Positions 39,827 to 51,990 are shown, counted from the stretch's first letter. The stretch is 64,000 nucleotides of DNA from Candidatus Multivorans sp. (GCA_965205295.1 OZ242167.1:135788-199787); one strand, 5' to 3'. The notes: a model not told the origin generated them from the letters alone. Made by a program: numbers and translations.

Positions 39827-40914
39827 CGGACGCGGGCCCGAGTCCGGTGGGGGAGACGGTCACGGAGTTCGTCGCCGGCGCCGAGGGCAGTGCGGCAGCG
39901 GTCTCCGGCCGCCGGGTGCTGCTCCGGGTCGAGGATCTGAAGGTCCACTTCCCGGTCACGGAAGGCGTGCTGATGCGACGCCTCGTCGGCTCCGTCAAGG
40001 CAGTCGACGGTGTGTCCTTCGAACTCCGGCGCGGCGAGACGTTCGGCCTGGTGGGGGAGAGCGGCTGCGGCAAATCGACCACGGCGATGGCGATCCTGCG
40101 CATGCTCGAGCCGACAGCCGGCCGCATCGTCTTCGACGGCATGGATCTCTCCCAGGCCAATCAGCGTCAGCTCCGGCCGATTCGGCGCCGGATGCAGATG
40201 GTGTTCCAGGATCCCTTCGGCTCGCTCAATCCGCGCATGCGGGTTCGCGAGATCGTCGGCGAACCGCTCAAGGTTCACGGGCTGGCGGGGAATCGCCGGC
40301 GTTACCGGGAACGGGTCGCGGAGTTGCTCGATCTGGTCGGCCTGCTGCCGGCGATGGGCGATCGCTACCCGCACCAGTTCTCGGGCGGCCAGCGGCAGCG
40401 GATCGGCATCGCACGCGCCCTGGCGCTCGAGCCCGATCTGCTGATCTGCGACGAGGCGGTGTCGGCCCTCGACGTCTCGATCCAGGCCCAGGTGCTCAAC
40501 CTGTTGATGGACCTGCAGGAGCAGCTCAGCCTGACCTACCTGTTCATCGCACACGACCTGTCGGTGGTGCGTCACATCAGCGACAGGGTCGGAGTGATGT
40601 ACCTGGGCCGGATCGTCGAGGTCGCCGACCGGGACGAGCTGTTCGAGCGGCCGCGACACCCGTACACCGAGGCGTTGCTTGCGTCCGTGCCGACGCCCGA
40701 TCCGGTCATCGAAGCGGCGAGGCCCCACCGGTTCGTTGGCGGCGAGGCGCCGAGCGTCCGCAAACCGCCGCCGGGCTGTCCGTTCCATCCCCGCTGCCCG
40801 AAGGCGCTCGACGAGTGCAGCCGGGTGCGGCCGACCCTGGAAGCCGTGGGCGGTGCTCAGGTGGCCTGCCACCTCTATCCGGGATCCGACAGGCCCCAGA
40901 ACGGCGCCGGGTGA
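39823..40914 (+). CDS. Peptide ABC transporter ATP-binding protein (DppF-like)
   Basis: [35 protein letters not shown]. Confidence 0.94.
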   Translation: MTDAGPSPVGETVTEFVAGAEGSAAAVSGRRVLLRVEDLKVHFPVTEGVLMRRLVGSVKAVDGVSFELRRGETFGLVGESGCGKSTTAMAILRMLEPTAGRIVFDGMDLSQANQRQLRPIRRRMQMVFQDPFGSLNPRMRVREIVGEPLKVHGLAGNRRRYRERVAELLDLVGLLPAMGDRYPHQFSGGQRQRIGIARALALEPDLLICDEAVSALDVSIQAQVLNLLMDLQEQLSLTYLFIAHDLSVVRHISDRVGVMYLGRIVEVADRDELFERPRHPYTEALLASVPTPDPVIEAARPHRFVGGEAPSVRKPPPGCPFHPRCPKALDECSRVRPTLEAVGGAQVACHLYPGSDRPQNGAG

Positions 40915-40927
40915 GGTTCTGCGGTCT

Positions 40928-42196
40928 CTGAGTATCCAGCGGATCTTCCGGCCCAGCTTCTACGGCTGGCACATGGCCGGTGTCGGATTCCTGATTTATG
41001 GTCTGGGGATCGCCCCGGCCTACTACAGTTGGGGGTTCTTCGCGCCCGCTGTGATCGCGGAACTCGGTCTGTCTCGCCAGCAGATCGGCCAGATGTTCGG
41101 CGCCTTCACCCTGGTCATGGCGTTGGCCGGTCCGGTGGCGGCCTTTGTCATCCGTCGCTTCGGCGTACGCGCTGCGGTGACCGGCGGCGCGCTGGTCGCG
41201 GCGGCCGGTTTCTGGATGGTGAGCCGGGCCGAATCGGCGATGGAGTTCTACCTCGGCTTCTCGCTCGTCGGAGGCATCGGCATCGGCCTCTCGACCGTGC
41301 TGCCGGCTCAGGCGCTGGCCGTGTTCTGGTTTCGGAGGTACCGCGCTCGTGCCACTGCCGTCATCCTGCTGGGTGCGGGAGTCGTCGGCGGTTTGGTGAC
41401 GCCGGTCGACGCCGTCATTCTGCGTCACTGGAACTGGCGTACCGGTTGGCAGATCATCGCCGGCATCTCGGTGTTGGTCGCCTTGGTGGCGGCGGCCCTG
41501 ATCCGGAATCGACCGAGCGACCTGGGCCAGCGGCGTGACGGTCTGGCGCCCGCCGACCGAGAGGAGGCGGAGGACCCGAAACCTCCTGAAGCCGCGGCCG
41601 GATTCGGTGTCGTGGCTCGGGCGGTCTGGACGCCCCACTTCTGGATCGCCGGTTTCGCGGCGGGGGCGAACACGATCTCCTGGCGTGTGATGAGTGCACA
41701 CGGCGCCCTTCACCTGGAGGATCTCGGCTTTGCCTCGACGGCGGCGGGGGCGATTCTGGGTGTCCGGGTCGGCGCCAGCTCCTTCGGCCGGTTGAGCGGC
41801 GCCCTGGGAGACTTCATGGCGCCGACCCGGGTGCTGGCGCTCGCCACGGTGCTTCACGGGGTTGGACTGGCGGTTCTGGCCACGGCCGATTCGGCCCTGG
41901 TCGCCTATCCCTGCGTCTTCGCGTTGGGAGTTGCCTACGGCGCCGCCTACACGAGTGCCGCGGTCGTGTTCGCCGAGTTCTTCGGGCGCGGCGCCTTCGT
42001 CGGCACCGTCGGCGTGAAGATAGCCATCACGGGCGTCCTGGGTTACCTGGCGCCGACCCTGGCGGGCGCGGCTGCCGACCGCACGGGGTCGTACGCCGGC
42101 ACGCTGTGGATCCTGGCTGGTCTTGGACTGCTGGGGGGCGTGGCGATCTGGTTCTGCCGGCCGCCGGACCGCTCGCTGTTTGCGCCCCGGTCGTAG
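40928..42196 (+). CDS. MFS transporter (OFA/MCT-like)
   Basis: FYGW N-terminus, about 12 hydrophobic segments, WF...R..A, D.TGSY; start codon uncertain (ATG alternative at 40973). Confidence 0.85.
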   Translation: MSIQRIFRPSFYGWHMAGVGFLIYGLGIAPAYYSWGFFAPAVIAELGLSRQQIGQMFGAFTLVMALAGPVAAFVIRRFGVRAAVTGGALVAAAGFWMVSRAESAMEFYLGFSLVGGIGIGLSTVLPAQALAVFWFRRYRARATAVILLGAGVVGGLVTPVDAVILRHWNWRTGWQIIAGISVLVALVAAALIRNRPSDLGQRRDGLAPADREEAEDPKPPEAAAGFGVVARAVWTPHFWIAGFAAGANTISWRVMSAHGALHLEDLGFASTAAGAILGVRVGASSFGRLSGALGDFMAPTRVLALATVLHGVGLAVLATADSALVAYPCVFALGVAYGAAYTSAAVVFAEFFGRGAFVGTVGVKIAITGVLGYLAPTLAGAAADRTGSYAGTLWILAGLGLLGGVAIWFCRPPDRSLFAPRS

Positions 42197-42241
42197 GCGG
42201 GTCGATACACTGGCGGAGCAGTCTTCCGGGGAGGAACTCGC

Positions 42242-43333
42242 ATGGGCAAGCACACGGCCTCGATCGCGGCCTTCATCGTTGCCGGGCTGGCTTCGGCCGC
42301 GCTCTCGGCGCAGGACGGTTCAGCGGAGCTTGAACGAACCGCCTGGGGCGCCCCGGACCTGCGGGGAGTCTGGGACTTCCGCACGATCACGCCGCTCGAG
42401 CGCCCCGAGGAGTTCGGCGAGCGGGAGCATCTCAGCGCGGAGGAGGCCAGCAACTTCGAAGAGCAGACGCTGGCGCGGCGCAACAAGGATCGACGAACCG
42501 ACGATGGCCTGTCCGCGCAGGCCGACGTGGCGAACGCCTACAACCAGTTCTGGTGGGACTACGGCGACAAGCTGACGGACGACCGGCGGACATCGCTGAT
42601 CGTCGATCCGCCCGACGGCCGGATTCCCGAGTTGACCGAGGCCGCGAAGGGCCGGATCGCCCAGCGAACCGAGGCGCGGCGACGGCCGGCGCACGGTCCC
42701 GAAGACCGCGGCGTTGCCGAACGCTGCATCCTGGGGTTCAACGCGGGACCGCCGATGAGCCCCAGCGCCTACAACAACAACGTCCAGATCTTCCAGACCG
42801 AACACACGGTCGTGCTGCTGGTCGAGATGGTTCACGACTCTCGGATCGTGCCCCTCGACGGGCGCGCACCGCTGCCGGAGGATGTCCGCCAGTGGCGGGG
42901 TGACTCGCGGGGGCACTGGGAGGGCGGCACCCTGGTGGTCGTGACGACGAACTTCACCGACCAGACCAGCTTCCGGGGTTCCGGCGCGAACATGCGTCTG
43001 ACCGAGCGGTTCACCCGGGTGGAGGAGGATCGGCTGGTCTACGAGTACACGATCGACGACCCGGAGTCGTTTGCGCGTCCGTGGACCGCCGTCGTGCCGA
43101 TGACGAGAAACCCGTTGCCGATGTTCGAGTACGCGTGCCACGAAGGCAACTACGGCATGTACAACCTGCTCTCGGGCGCCCGCGCTGAGGATGCCGAGGC
43201 GGCCGCCAGGGCGGCGGAAACTTCGGGCGGCGCCATCCATGCGCCCGATGACGGGCGCACGGACTGGTTCACGGTGGCGCGGATCGCGCCACTCGGGTTG
43301 ACGCCGGCCGAAGCGCGGCAAGCGTTCCCTTGA
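42242..43333 (+). CDS. Secreted hypothetical protein (EYACHEGN family), paralog 2
   Basis: Signal peptide, GAGG RBS; TPLERP, DPPDGRIP, EYACHEGNY. Confidence 0.85.
   Translation: MGKHTASIAAFIVAGLASAALSAQDGSAELERTAWGAPDLRGVWDFRTITPLERPEEFGEREHLSAEEASNFEEQTLARRNKDRRTDDGLSAQADVANAYNQFWWDYGDKLTDDRRTSLIVDPPDGRIPELTEAAKGRIAQRTEARRRPAHGPEDRGVAERCILGFNAGPPMSPSAYNNNVQIFQTEHTVVLLVEMVHDSRIVPLDGRAPLPEDVRQWRGDSRGHWEGGTLVVVTTNFTDQTSFRGSGANMRLTERFTRVEEDRLVYEYTIDDPESFARPWTAVVPMTRNPLPMFEYACHEGNYGMYNLLSGARAEDAEAAARAAETSGGAIHAPDDGRTDWFTVARIAPLGLTPAEARQAFP
43232..43297 (+). repeat. Dispersed two-hairpin element, full copy inside the 3' end of a CDS
   Basis: GCCATCCATGCGCCCG-ATGA-CGGGCGCACGG-ACTGGTTCA-CGGTGGCGCG-GAT-CGCGCCACTCGGG. 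Confidence 0.8.
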
Positions 43334-44193
43334 CCATCGCCACTGTCGGTCTGCTCCATCCCGGAGCGATGGGGGTCACCGTCGGCGCTTCCGTGGCGGC
43401 GTCTGTGCGGGTCGTGTGGGCGTCCGAGGGACGAAGCCGTGAGACTCGTGCCCGGGCCGAAGGCGCCGGCTTCGAGGACCTGGAGACGCTCGTTGCGGCG
43501 ACCGCGGCGGCCGACGCGGTGGTGTCGGTCTGCCCGCCGCACGCCGCCTTGGCGCTCGCCGAGGCGGTCGCCGCCACCGGCTTCGACGGCCTGTACGTCG
43601 ATGCGAACGCGGTGTCGCCTGCCACCGCACTCGAGATCGCAGGGGCCGCCACGGCGGGAGGCGCGCGCTTCGTGGACGGCGGCATCGTCGGCCCGCCCGC
43701 GGTTCGGCCCGGCACCACGCGGCTCTATCTCTCCGGCGACGGTGCGCCGGAGACGGCGGCCTTGTTCGCCGGTTCCGCGCTCGAGGCGGTCGACCTCGAG
43801 GCGAAGGTCGGCGCCGCCTCGGCGCTCAAGATGTGCTACGCCGGCTTCACCAAGGGCAGTTCGGCGCTACTCCTGGCCCTGCGCGCCGCGGCACGCGCCT
43901 ACGGCGTCGAGGACGGTCTGCTCGGTGAGTGGGCCCGGTCTCAGCCGGGATTGGAGCAACGAAGTGTGAGGTCGGCGTCGGCGACGGCCCCGAAGGCATG
44001 GCGCTTTGCCGGCGAGATGGAGGAGATCGCCGACACGATGGCGGCGGCTGGTCTGCCCGAGGGCTTCCACCGGGCCGCGGCTGAGGCCTACCGCCGGCTG
44101 GCCGAGTTTCGCGGCGAGCCGGAGAGCGTGCCGGTGGAGGATGTGATTGCCGCCCTGTTGGATGGCGGCCCTACTCTGGGAGGCGGCTGCTGA
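43330..44193 (+). CDS. NAD(P)-dependent oxidoreductase, 6PGDH/DUF1932 family
   Basis: GLLHPGAMG Rossmann variant, DANAVSP, VDGGIVGPP, ASALKMCYA, KAWRF.GEMEEI. Confidence 0.85.
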   Translation: MTIATVGLLHPGAMGVTVGASVAASVRVVWASEGRSRETRARAEGAGFEDLETLVAATAAADAVVSVCPPHAALALAEAVAATGFDGLYVDANAVSPATALEIAGAATAGGARFVDGGIVGPPAVRPGTTRLYLSGDGAPETAALFAGSALEAVDLEAKVGAASALKMCYAGFTKGSSALLLALRAAARAYGVEDGLLGEWARSQPGLEQRSVRSASATAPKAWRFAGEMEEIADTMAAAGLPEGFHRAAAEAYRRLAEFRGEPESVPVEDVIAALLDGGPTLGGGC

Positions 44194-44242
44194 ACTGAGC
44201 GAGGAGACTGCGCGGCAGAAACCGGGTGCGACGGCGTCCCCG

Positions 44243-44273
44243 CCGGCATCCGGCGTGAAGCGCCGGATGCCGG
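44243..44273. repeat. Perfect 13-bp-stem palindrome at the operon end (terminator-like or REP-like)
   Basis: CCGGCATCCGGCG-TGAAG-CGCCGGATGCCGG; no clear U-tract. Confidence 0.5.
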
Positions 44274-44484
44274 AAGTTCTGCCCCGCCAGGGCGACGGCG
44301 TCGTGTCCGCTGGTCGCCGTGAATTGTCCGTTAGTGGACGCTACGGGTCCGGTGAAATTGACCTCAGGTTCACTAGCCTTACTGCGTGCAGCGAACCGGA
44401 AGCCCGGAGACGCTGAGCAGTCGGGGTGCGGCGATCCACGGGATCTTCGTACCAGTTGAAACGATGCCCCACGTCGAGGGATCA

Positions 44485-45165
44485 ATGTCTGTAAGTAGAG
44501 AAGGGGCGTCCGGCGGTCACCCCGGATTCCCATCGAGTGAGCTTCAGGGGTTGGTCAGCGCCCTGGTCGATCAGACGCTTGTGGGTCTGGTCTGTCTTGA
44601 CGGTCGCGGAGTGATCGTCGAATCGAACGCTCGCGCGCGGCAGGTACTTGGTGCGGACGGTGGTCTCCGCGAACGGAATGGACGGCTGGGTACTCATCGC
44701 CTCGACGACGCTGCGGTCTTCGAGCGTTTGCTGCAGGCCGCGCTCGATGGGTCAGCCGTTCCCGGGGTCGGCGCTTCGGCCGTTCTGGGTGCGTGGCCGG
44801 GCCAGCGACCGCTGACCGTTCATGTCAACCCGGTGCCTCCTGTTCAGGATGGCGGCTCGAGCGTTGCGGCTCTTGTGACGATCGTCGATCCGTGGGTCAT
44901 GATTCCGGTGGATCCGGAACAGGTCGGCATCTCCCTGGGCCTGACACCTGCGGAGAGCGGTGTCGCGGCGTGGCTGGCCGAGGGAAGTACGGTAGGCGAG
45001 ATTGCCAAAGCTACAGGCCGGTCTCCTCAAACGGTCCGCTGGCTGGTCAAGCGGGCGCTGGCCAAGACCTGGTGCCGCAGGCAGGCCGATCTGGTCCGGT
45101 TGGTTCTTTCGACCTCCCGGTTGCCGGTTCCCCAACCGGTTCCCCAGCTTGCACAGCCGGAGTGA
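44485..45165 (+). CDS. PAS-like + LuxR-type HTH transcriptional regulator
   Basis: LDGRG.IVESNARA..L, GLTPAE..VA..LAEG....EIA, KT...RQADLV. Confidence 0.8.
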   Translation: MSVSREGASGGHPGFPSSELQGLVSALVDQTLVGLVCLDGRGVIVESNARARQVLGADGGLRERNGRLGTHRLDDAAVFERLLQAALDGSAVPGVGASAVLGAWPGQRPLTVHVNPVPPVQDGGSSVAALVTIVDPWVMIPVDPEQVGISLGLTPAESGVAAWLAEGSTVGEIAKATGRSPQTVRWLVKRALAKTWCRRQADLVRLVLSTSRLPVPQPVPQLAQPE

Positions 45166-45420
45166 ATGCGCGGCCGACCGCAGCGCGTCGTGAGCGGTGT
45201 CAGGCGCTAGACGGCGGGAACAGTTTTCCGCCGGACCGTCCGACTTGTCCCTCCCATTTTAGGGGGTTCATCGGGGTGTTGCCGTACTCTTGTGAAAATT
45301 TTAAGTTCTCTGTCAAGCGCGACAGATCGGAACCGTCGGTTGATGGGTCCCTGCCCTGCGTTCGCGAAAGGCGGGCGCCGACTCCTATGGCCTCCCGCTT
45401 GACCTGACAAGCCCCGATTG

Positions 45421-46098
45421 ATGTCTGTTGCAAGGCATGGCTCCTCTTCTGGTGAGCCTCATCCAGGCCCCGGCAAGTTGAAAGGTGTAGTGGGCACATT
45501 GGTCGACCAGGACCTGGTCGGGTTGATCTGCCTCGACCGTAAGGGTGCGGTCGTCGAGTCCAACGCCCGCGGCCGCGACGTGCTGCTGGCGGACGGGGGA
45601 CTCCGCGAACGGAACGGCCGGCTGGCTGCGCATCGCTTCCAGGACGCCGAAGCCTTCGAGGACCTCCTGGCCGCCGCGCTCAGCGGAACGGACGAGCCAC
45701 CGCACGCGTCAGTAGCGGTCCTCGGTGCGTGGCCCGATCAGCGTCCTCTGACCGCTTGGATCAATCCGGTAGCGGGGAGCCCCGACTGCAGCCCGCGGAT
45801 TGCGGCGCTGGTGGTGGTCGTCGACCCGTGGCAAGCGACTCCGGTGAATGCGGAACAGATTGCGAGATCTCTCGGACTGACGCCCGCCGAGAGCCGCGTC
45901 GCGGCCGCCCTGGCCGAAGGCAAGACAGTGGCCGACATCGCGCGGACCACGAATCGGAAGCCCGAGTCGGTGCGTCAACTGGTCAAGCAGGCCCTCTCCA
46001 AGACCTGGTGCTCCAGACAGGCTGAACTCGTTCGCGTGGTTCTGGCGACCTCGAGGCTGCCGGTTCCGGCGCCAGGGAAGCCGCAGGCGAGCGACTAG
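45421..46098 (+). CDS. PAS-like + LuxR-type HTH transcriptional regulator (tandem paralog)
   Basis: Collinear with 44485-45165 (GGLRERNGRL, LGAWP.QRPLT, GLTPAES, TSRLPVP). Confidence 0.8.
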   Translation: MSVARHGSSSGEPHPGPGKLKGVVGTLVDQDLVGLICLDRKGAVVESNARGRDVLLADGGLRERNGRLAAHRFQDAEAFEDLLAAALSGTDEPPHASVAVLGAWPDQRPLTAWINPVAGSPDCSPRIAALVVVVDPWQATPVNAEQIARSLGLTPAESRVAAALAEGKTVADIARTTNRKPESVRQLVKQALSKTWCSRQAELVRVVLATSRLPVPAPGKPQASD

Positions 46099-46125
46099 GC
46101 GCCGCGGCGCACCACGGGCGAAATG

Positions 46126-46154
46126 AAAAAGGGCGACCCCGGAGGGTCGCCCTT
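46126..46154 (-). terminator. Rho-independent terminator of groESL
   Basis: AAGGGCGACCC-N4-GGGTCGCCCTT with a T-run on the minus strand. Confidence 0.85.
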
Positions 46155-46170
46155 GATTCGTTCAGCAGAG

Positions 46171-46236
46171 CCCGGGTGGCGCGAACCGCGTCACCCGTGA
46201 ACCAGTCCGAGCGTCCGTCATCGGGCGCTCGGATGG
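46171..46236 (-). repeat. Dispersed two-hairpin element, full copy in the groEL 3' UTR
   Basis: CCATCCGAGCGCCCG-ATGA-CGGACGCTCGG-ACTGGTTCA-CGGGTGACGCG-GTT-CGCGCCACCCGGG. Confidence 0.8.
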
Positions 46237-46261
46237 AACGACGACCTGGAAGGTCAGACGG

Positions 46262-48227
<1,966 letters not shown>

Positions 48228-48365
48228 CAGTACTCTCCTCCTTCTTGCTTGGTCTTGCTTGGTGTTCAACATGGAAGTCGTTCGGACCATTCGGGGCCCC
48301 GCCCGCCCGTGGCGTTCGTGGCTGCCGTGTTCTTCCCGCTTCCCGGCCATTCGGCAGGAGTGCTG

Positions 48366-48392
48366 TTAGCACTCAAGCCGGACGAGTGCTAA
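48366..48392. promoter_or_regulatory. CIRCE element (HrcA operator)
   Basis: Perfect TTAGCACTC-N9-GAGTGCTAA upstream of groES; TTGACA at 48416-48421 and TACTGT at 48392-48397 on the minus strand. Confidence 0.97.
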
Positions 48393-48561
48393 CAGTAGAG
48401 CCGCTGGCGCCCGAATGTCAACCGTCCCTGACAGTTCGATGGCAATCCGCGGGCGAGCGCGGACGATATCGAGTGGAAGCGGTAGAGTCGCTTGGTCCTG
48501 CGTTGGAGGGATGACCGGTGGGTCTACGGGAAGTCGGGCGAGAAGAAGGGGAGAACTGTCT

Positions 48562-50394
48562 GTGAGGAAACCACACGGGAGCAGAGGAGGTCTGCCCACT
48601 TCCGCCATCGTTCGTGGACTCGCCATGGTGCTGGTTGCCGCCCTGGCGCCTCTAGCCGTCTCGCCTTCGAGTGTGTCCGCTCAGGAGGACGCGCCGACCG
48701 CGGCGGCGGTGCCGGTCGAGGAGTTCGAACTCGACAACGGCATGCGCTTCCTGCTCGTGCGGCGCCCGGAGCTGACCACGGTGGCGGTCGCCTGGGCAGC
48801 CCATGTGGGCTCGGCGAACGAGCGGCCGGGGATCACCGGTCTGGCTCACTTCTTCGAGCACATGATGTTCAAGGGCACGCACACGATAGGCACGAAGGAC
48901 ATCGAGCGGGACCTCGAGATCATCGCGGAGCAGGAGGCGGTCCAGGAGAAGGTCCGCGCCGAACTGCGCGAGCAGCGTCGCCGCTACCGGCTGGGTGAGA
49001 TCGACGATCCGTACGACCCGGCCCACCGGACCGACACCCTGAACGCCCTCCGCGCCGAGTTCCAGGAGCTCGTCGAGGAGCAGCGAGAACTCATGGTGAA
49101 GGACGAGCTGGACAAGGTCTACACCGATGGCGGCGGCACGAGCCTGAACGCCTTCACCAGCGAAGACTTCACGGTCTACATCAATCAGTTGCCGGCGAAC
49201 AGGCTCGAACTCTGGTTCTGGCTCGAGTCCGACCGGCTGCTGAATCCGGTGTTCCGGGAGTTCTACTCCGAGCGCGACGTCGTCTACGAGGAGAGGCGCC
49301 TGCGCACCGAGTCGACGCCGACGGGCCGCTACGACGAGCAGGCGGACGCCATGTTCTGGCAGTCCCACCCGTACAGTTGGCCGGTCGTGGGTTGGCCGTC
49401 CGACCTGGAGGTGATCAGCAAGGCGCAGGCCGACGAGTTCTTCGGCAGCTACTACGCCCCGAACAACCTGACTGGTGTCCTGGTCGGCAACTTCGATCCG
49501 GCCGAGGTCCGGGAACTGGCCGAACGCTACTTCGGCCGGCTGGAGCGGAGCGAAGGCGAGGTCCCGGATGTCGTCACGCTCGAGGCGGAGCAACTTGCCG
49601 AGAAGCGGCTGACCGCCGAGTGCGATTGTCAGCCGCAACTCCAGGTCCGGTACCACGCGGCGCCGTTCGGACACGCGGACGGGTACGCACTCGACGTGAT
49701 CGCGGGCGTCCTCAACGGCCGCACCGGGCGCCTCTACGAGGAAATGGTCGAGGGCGCCGAGGTCGCGTCCAGCGCCAGCGCCTTCTACGAGGCGAGGAAG
49801 TACGCCGGCGTGTTCAACCTGCGGTCCGAGACCAAGGGCGAGGCCACGCCCGAACAGCTCCTGGCCGCCTGGGACCAGGTCGTCGAGGAACTGATCGCCG
49901 AACCGGTGCCGGAGGACGAACTGTCCAAGGTCAAGAACCGGGTGTCGGCGGATACCTACCGGCAACTACGCAGTCCGTTCTTCCTGATGATCCAGTTGGC
50001 GGTCAGCGACGCGCTGGGCGACTGGCGCTACCTGAACACGGTGGCGGAGCGCACGAACCAGGTCACGGCGGAGGACGTGCAGCGGGTGGCGGCGAAGTAC
50101 TTCGAACCGTCCAACCGGCTGGTCAGCCTCTACTACCGCAAGGCGGGCTCGGAGGCGCAGGAGATCCCCGCCGAACTGGAGGCCCTGCCGCCGGAGATGC
50201 GGACGGCCCTGATCTCGCAGGCGAAGGCAATCGAGGCGATCGAGGATCCGGCTCAACTGGAGGCGGTTCTCGAGCAGATCGACGCCCAGGCGGCCCAGGT
50301 GCCGGAAGAGATGCGGCCGGCGCTCGACTGGATGCGGGGTGTGATCGAGGAACGGCTCGCCGAACTGGGGGAAGGCGAAGGGGGTGAGCGATGA
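48562..50394 (+). CDS. M16 (pitrilysin) family zinc peptidase, catalytic subunit
   Basis: LDNG, GLAHFFEHMMFKG (HxxEH), NAFTS.D.T.Y, YYAPNN; signal peptide; start approximate. Confidence 0.92.
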   Translation: MRKPHGSRGGLPTSAIVRGLAMVLVAALAPLAVSPSSVSAQEDAPTAAAVPVEEFELDNGMRFLLVRRPELTTVAVAWAAHVGSANERPGITGLAHFFEHMMFKGTHTIGTKDIERDLEIIAEQEAVQEKVRAELREQRRRYRLGEIDDPYDPAHRTDTLNALRAEFQELVEEQRELMVKDELDKVYTDGGGTSLNAFTSEDFTVYINQLPANRLELWFWLESDRLLNPVFREFYSERDVVYEERRLRTESTPTGRYDEQADAMFWQSHPYSWPVVGWPSDLEVISKAQADEFFGSYYAPNNLTGVLVGNFDPAEVRELAERYFGRLERSEGEVPDVVTLEAEQLAEKRLTAECDCQPQLQVRYHAAPFGHADGYALDVIAGVLNGRTGRLYEEMVEGAEVASSASAFYEARKYAGVFNLRSETKGEATPEQLLAAWDQVVEELIAEPVPEDELSKVKNRVSADTYRQLRSPFFLMIQLAVSDALGDWRYLNTVAERTNQVTAEDVQRVAAKYFEPSNRLVSLYYRKAGSEAQEIPAELEALPPEMRTALISQAKAIEAIEDPAQLEAVLEQIDAQAAQVPEEMRPALDWMRGVIEERLAELGEGEGGER

Positions 50395-51932
50395 TGGCGC
50401 GCGTGCACTTGAGGGTTGGCCGCCGGCAACTGAGTGTCCTGGTCTTCCCGGCCCTGCTGGTCGGGCTGAATGCCCCCGGCAGTGCCCAGAGCGGCGGCGA
50501 GATCGTCGATCATCCGACCAAACTGACCTACGGCCCGCTCGACTTCGAGCTGCCGGATGCGGACTCCTACCGGCGCGAGCTCGCGGCCGGCGTTCCGGCC
50601 TACCTGGTGGAGGACCACGCCCTGCCGCTGGTCGACATCACGGTGCGCCTCCGCATCGGCGCCTACCTGGAGCCGGCGGAGAAGACGGGGCTGGCCGGCC
50701 TCACCGGCAACCTGATGCGGACGGGCGGCGCCGGCGAACTCGAAGCGAAGGCCTTCGACGAAGCGGTGGAGGCGGTCGCCGGCGATTTCTCGTCACGGAT
50801 AGGCAGCACCGACACCCGAATGTCGATGAACTGCCTGTCGACGGTGCTCGACGAGTGTCTCGACCTGTTCTTCTCCATGCTCAGCGACCCCCGCTTCGAT
50901 GTGGAGCGCCTCGATCTCGCCAAGCAGAACGAGTTGGAGAGCCTGAAGCAGCGCAACGACGATCCCGCCTCTGTCGCGGGCCGCGAAGGCCAGTGGTTGC
51001 TCTACGGACGCGACCACGTCGAATCCCGGTTTGTCACCGAAGCCTCGCTTTCGACGATCGAGCGGGGAGACCTCGCCTCGTTCCACCGCAGGTACGTCCA
51101 TCCTCGGCACATGGTCATCGCGGCCGCCGGCGACTTCGACGGCGACGAACTCGAGGCCAAGCTGTCGGCGCTGCTCGACCGTTTCGATGGCGAAGGGACG
51201 CAGCAGGCGCCGTGGCCGCCGCAGGGGGCGGAGCACGAGCCTCCGGCGGGCGTCTACGTTGCCCGGCAGGACATCCCGCAGGGGCGGGTGCAGATCGGCC
51301 ACCGGACCTTCCAGCGCGAGAACTGGGACGATCCCGACCACTTCGCGCTGGCGATGATGGACAGTGTTCTCGGCAACGGCGGCTTCACCACCCGGTTGAT
51401 GAAGAGGATCCGCTCGGACGAGGGACTCGCGTACGGCGCCTACTCGAACTTCGGTATCGGCAACCACTGGCCCGGCAATCTCAGCGTCACCTTCCAATCG
51501 AAGAGCGAGACGGTGGCCTTCGCGGCGAAGATCGCGCTCGAGGAGATCGACCGCCTGCGGGCGGAACCGGTCCCGGAGGACGAACTCCGGACGGTCAAGG
51601 CGTCCGTGATCGAGACCTTCCCAGGCAACTTCGAATCGGCGCTGGCGGTGGCGTCCATTTTCGCCCAGGACGAGTTCCTGGGCCGGCCTCACAGCTACTG
51701 GCGGACGTACCGCGAGAACGTCGAGGCAGTGACGCCGGCGGACGTTCAGCGGGTGGCCGAGCGCTACCTCGCCCCGGACAAGCTGGTCATGCTGATCGTC
51801 GGCGACTGGGAGGCGATCGAGCCGGGCGACAGTGACGGCCGCGCCACGATGGCGGAGATCGCGGCGAAGATCGGCGGTGGGGTCACCATGCTGCCGGCGC
51901 GGGATCCGCTGAGTCTGGACGTCGTCGAGTGA
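50391..51932 (+). CDS. M16 family peptidase, non-catalytic partner subunit
   Basis: No HxxEH; EDHALPLV, RIRSDEGLAY (R/Y pair), IVGD. Confidence 0.88.
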   Translation: MMARVHLRVGRRQLSVLVFPALLVGLNAPGSAQSGGEIVDHPTKLTYGPLDFELPDADSYRRELAAGVPAYLVEDHALPLVDITVRLRIGAYLEPAEKTGLAGLTGNLMRTGGAGELEAKAFDEAVEAVAGDFSSRIGSTDTRMSMNCLSTVLDECLDLFFSMLSDPRFDVERLDLAKQNELESLKQRNDDPASVAGREGQWLLYGRDHVESRFVTEASLSTIERGDLASFHRRYVHPRHMVIAAAGDFDGDELEAKLSALLDRFDGEGTQQAPWPPQGAEHEPPAGVYVARQDIPQGRVQIGHRTFQRENWDDPDHFALAMMDSVLGNGGFTTRLMKRIRSDEGLAYGAYSNFGIGNHWPGNLSVTFQSKSETVAFAAKIALEEIDRLRAEPVPEDELRTVKASVIETFPGNFESALAVASIFAQDEFLGRPHSYWRTYRENVEAVTPADVQRVAERYLAPDKLVMLIVGDWEAIEPGDSDGRATMAEIAAKIGGGVTMLPARDPLSLDVVE

Positions 51933-51990
51933 AGGGTTCGGAAGCGGAGTGCCGCGGGCGGACACCTGGCGGTGAGCAGGGCGTGATCGT

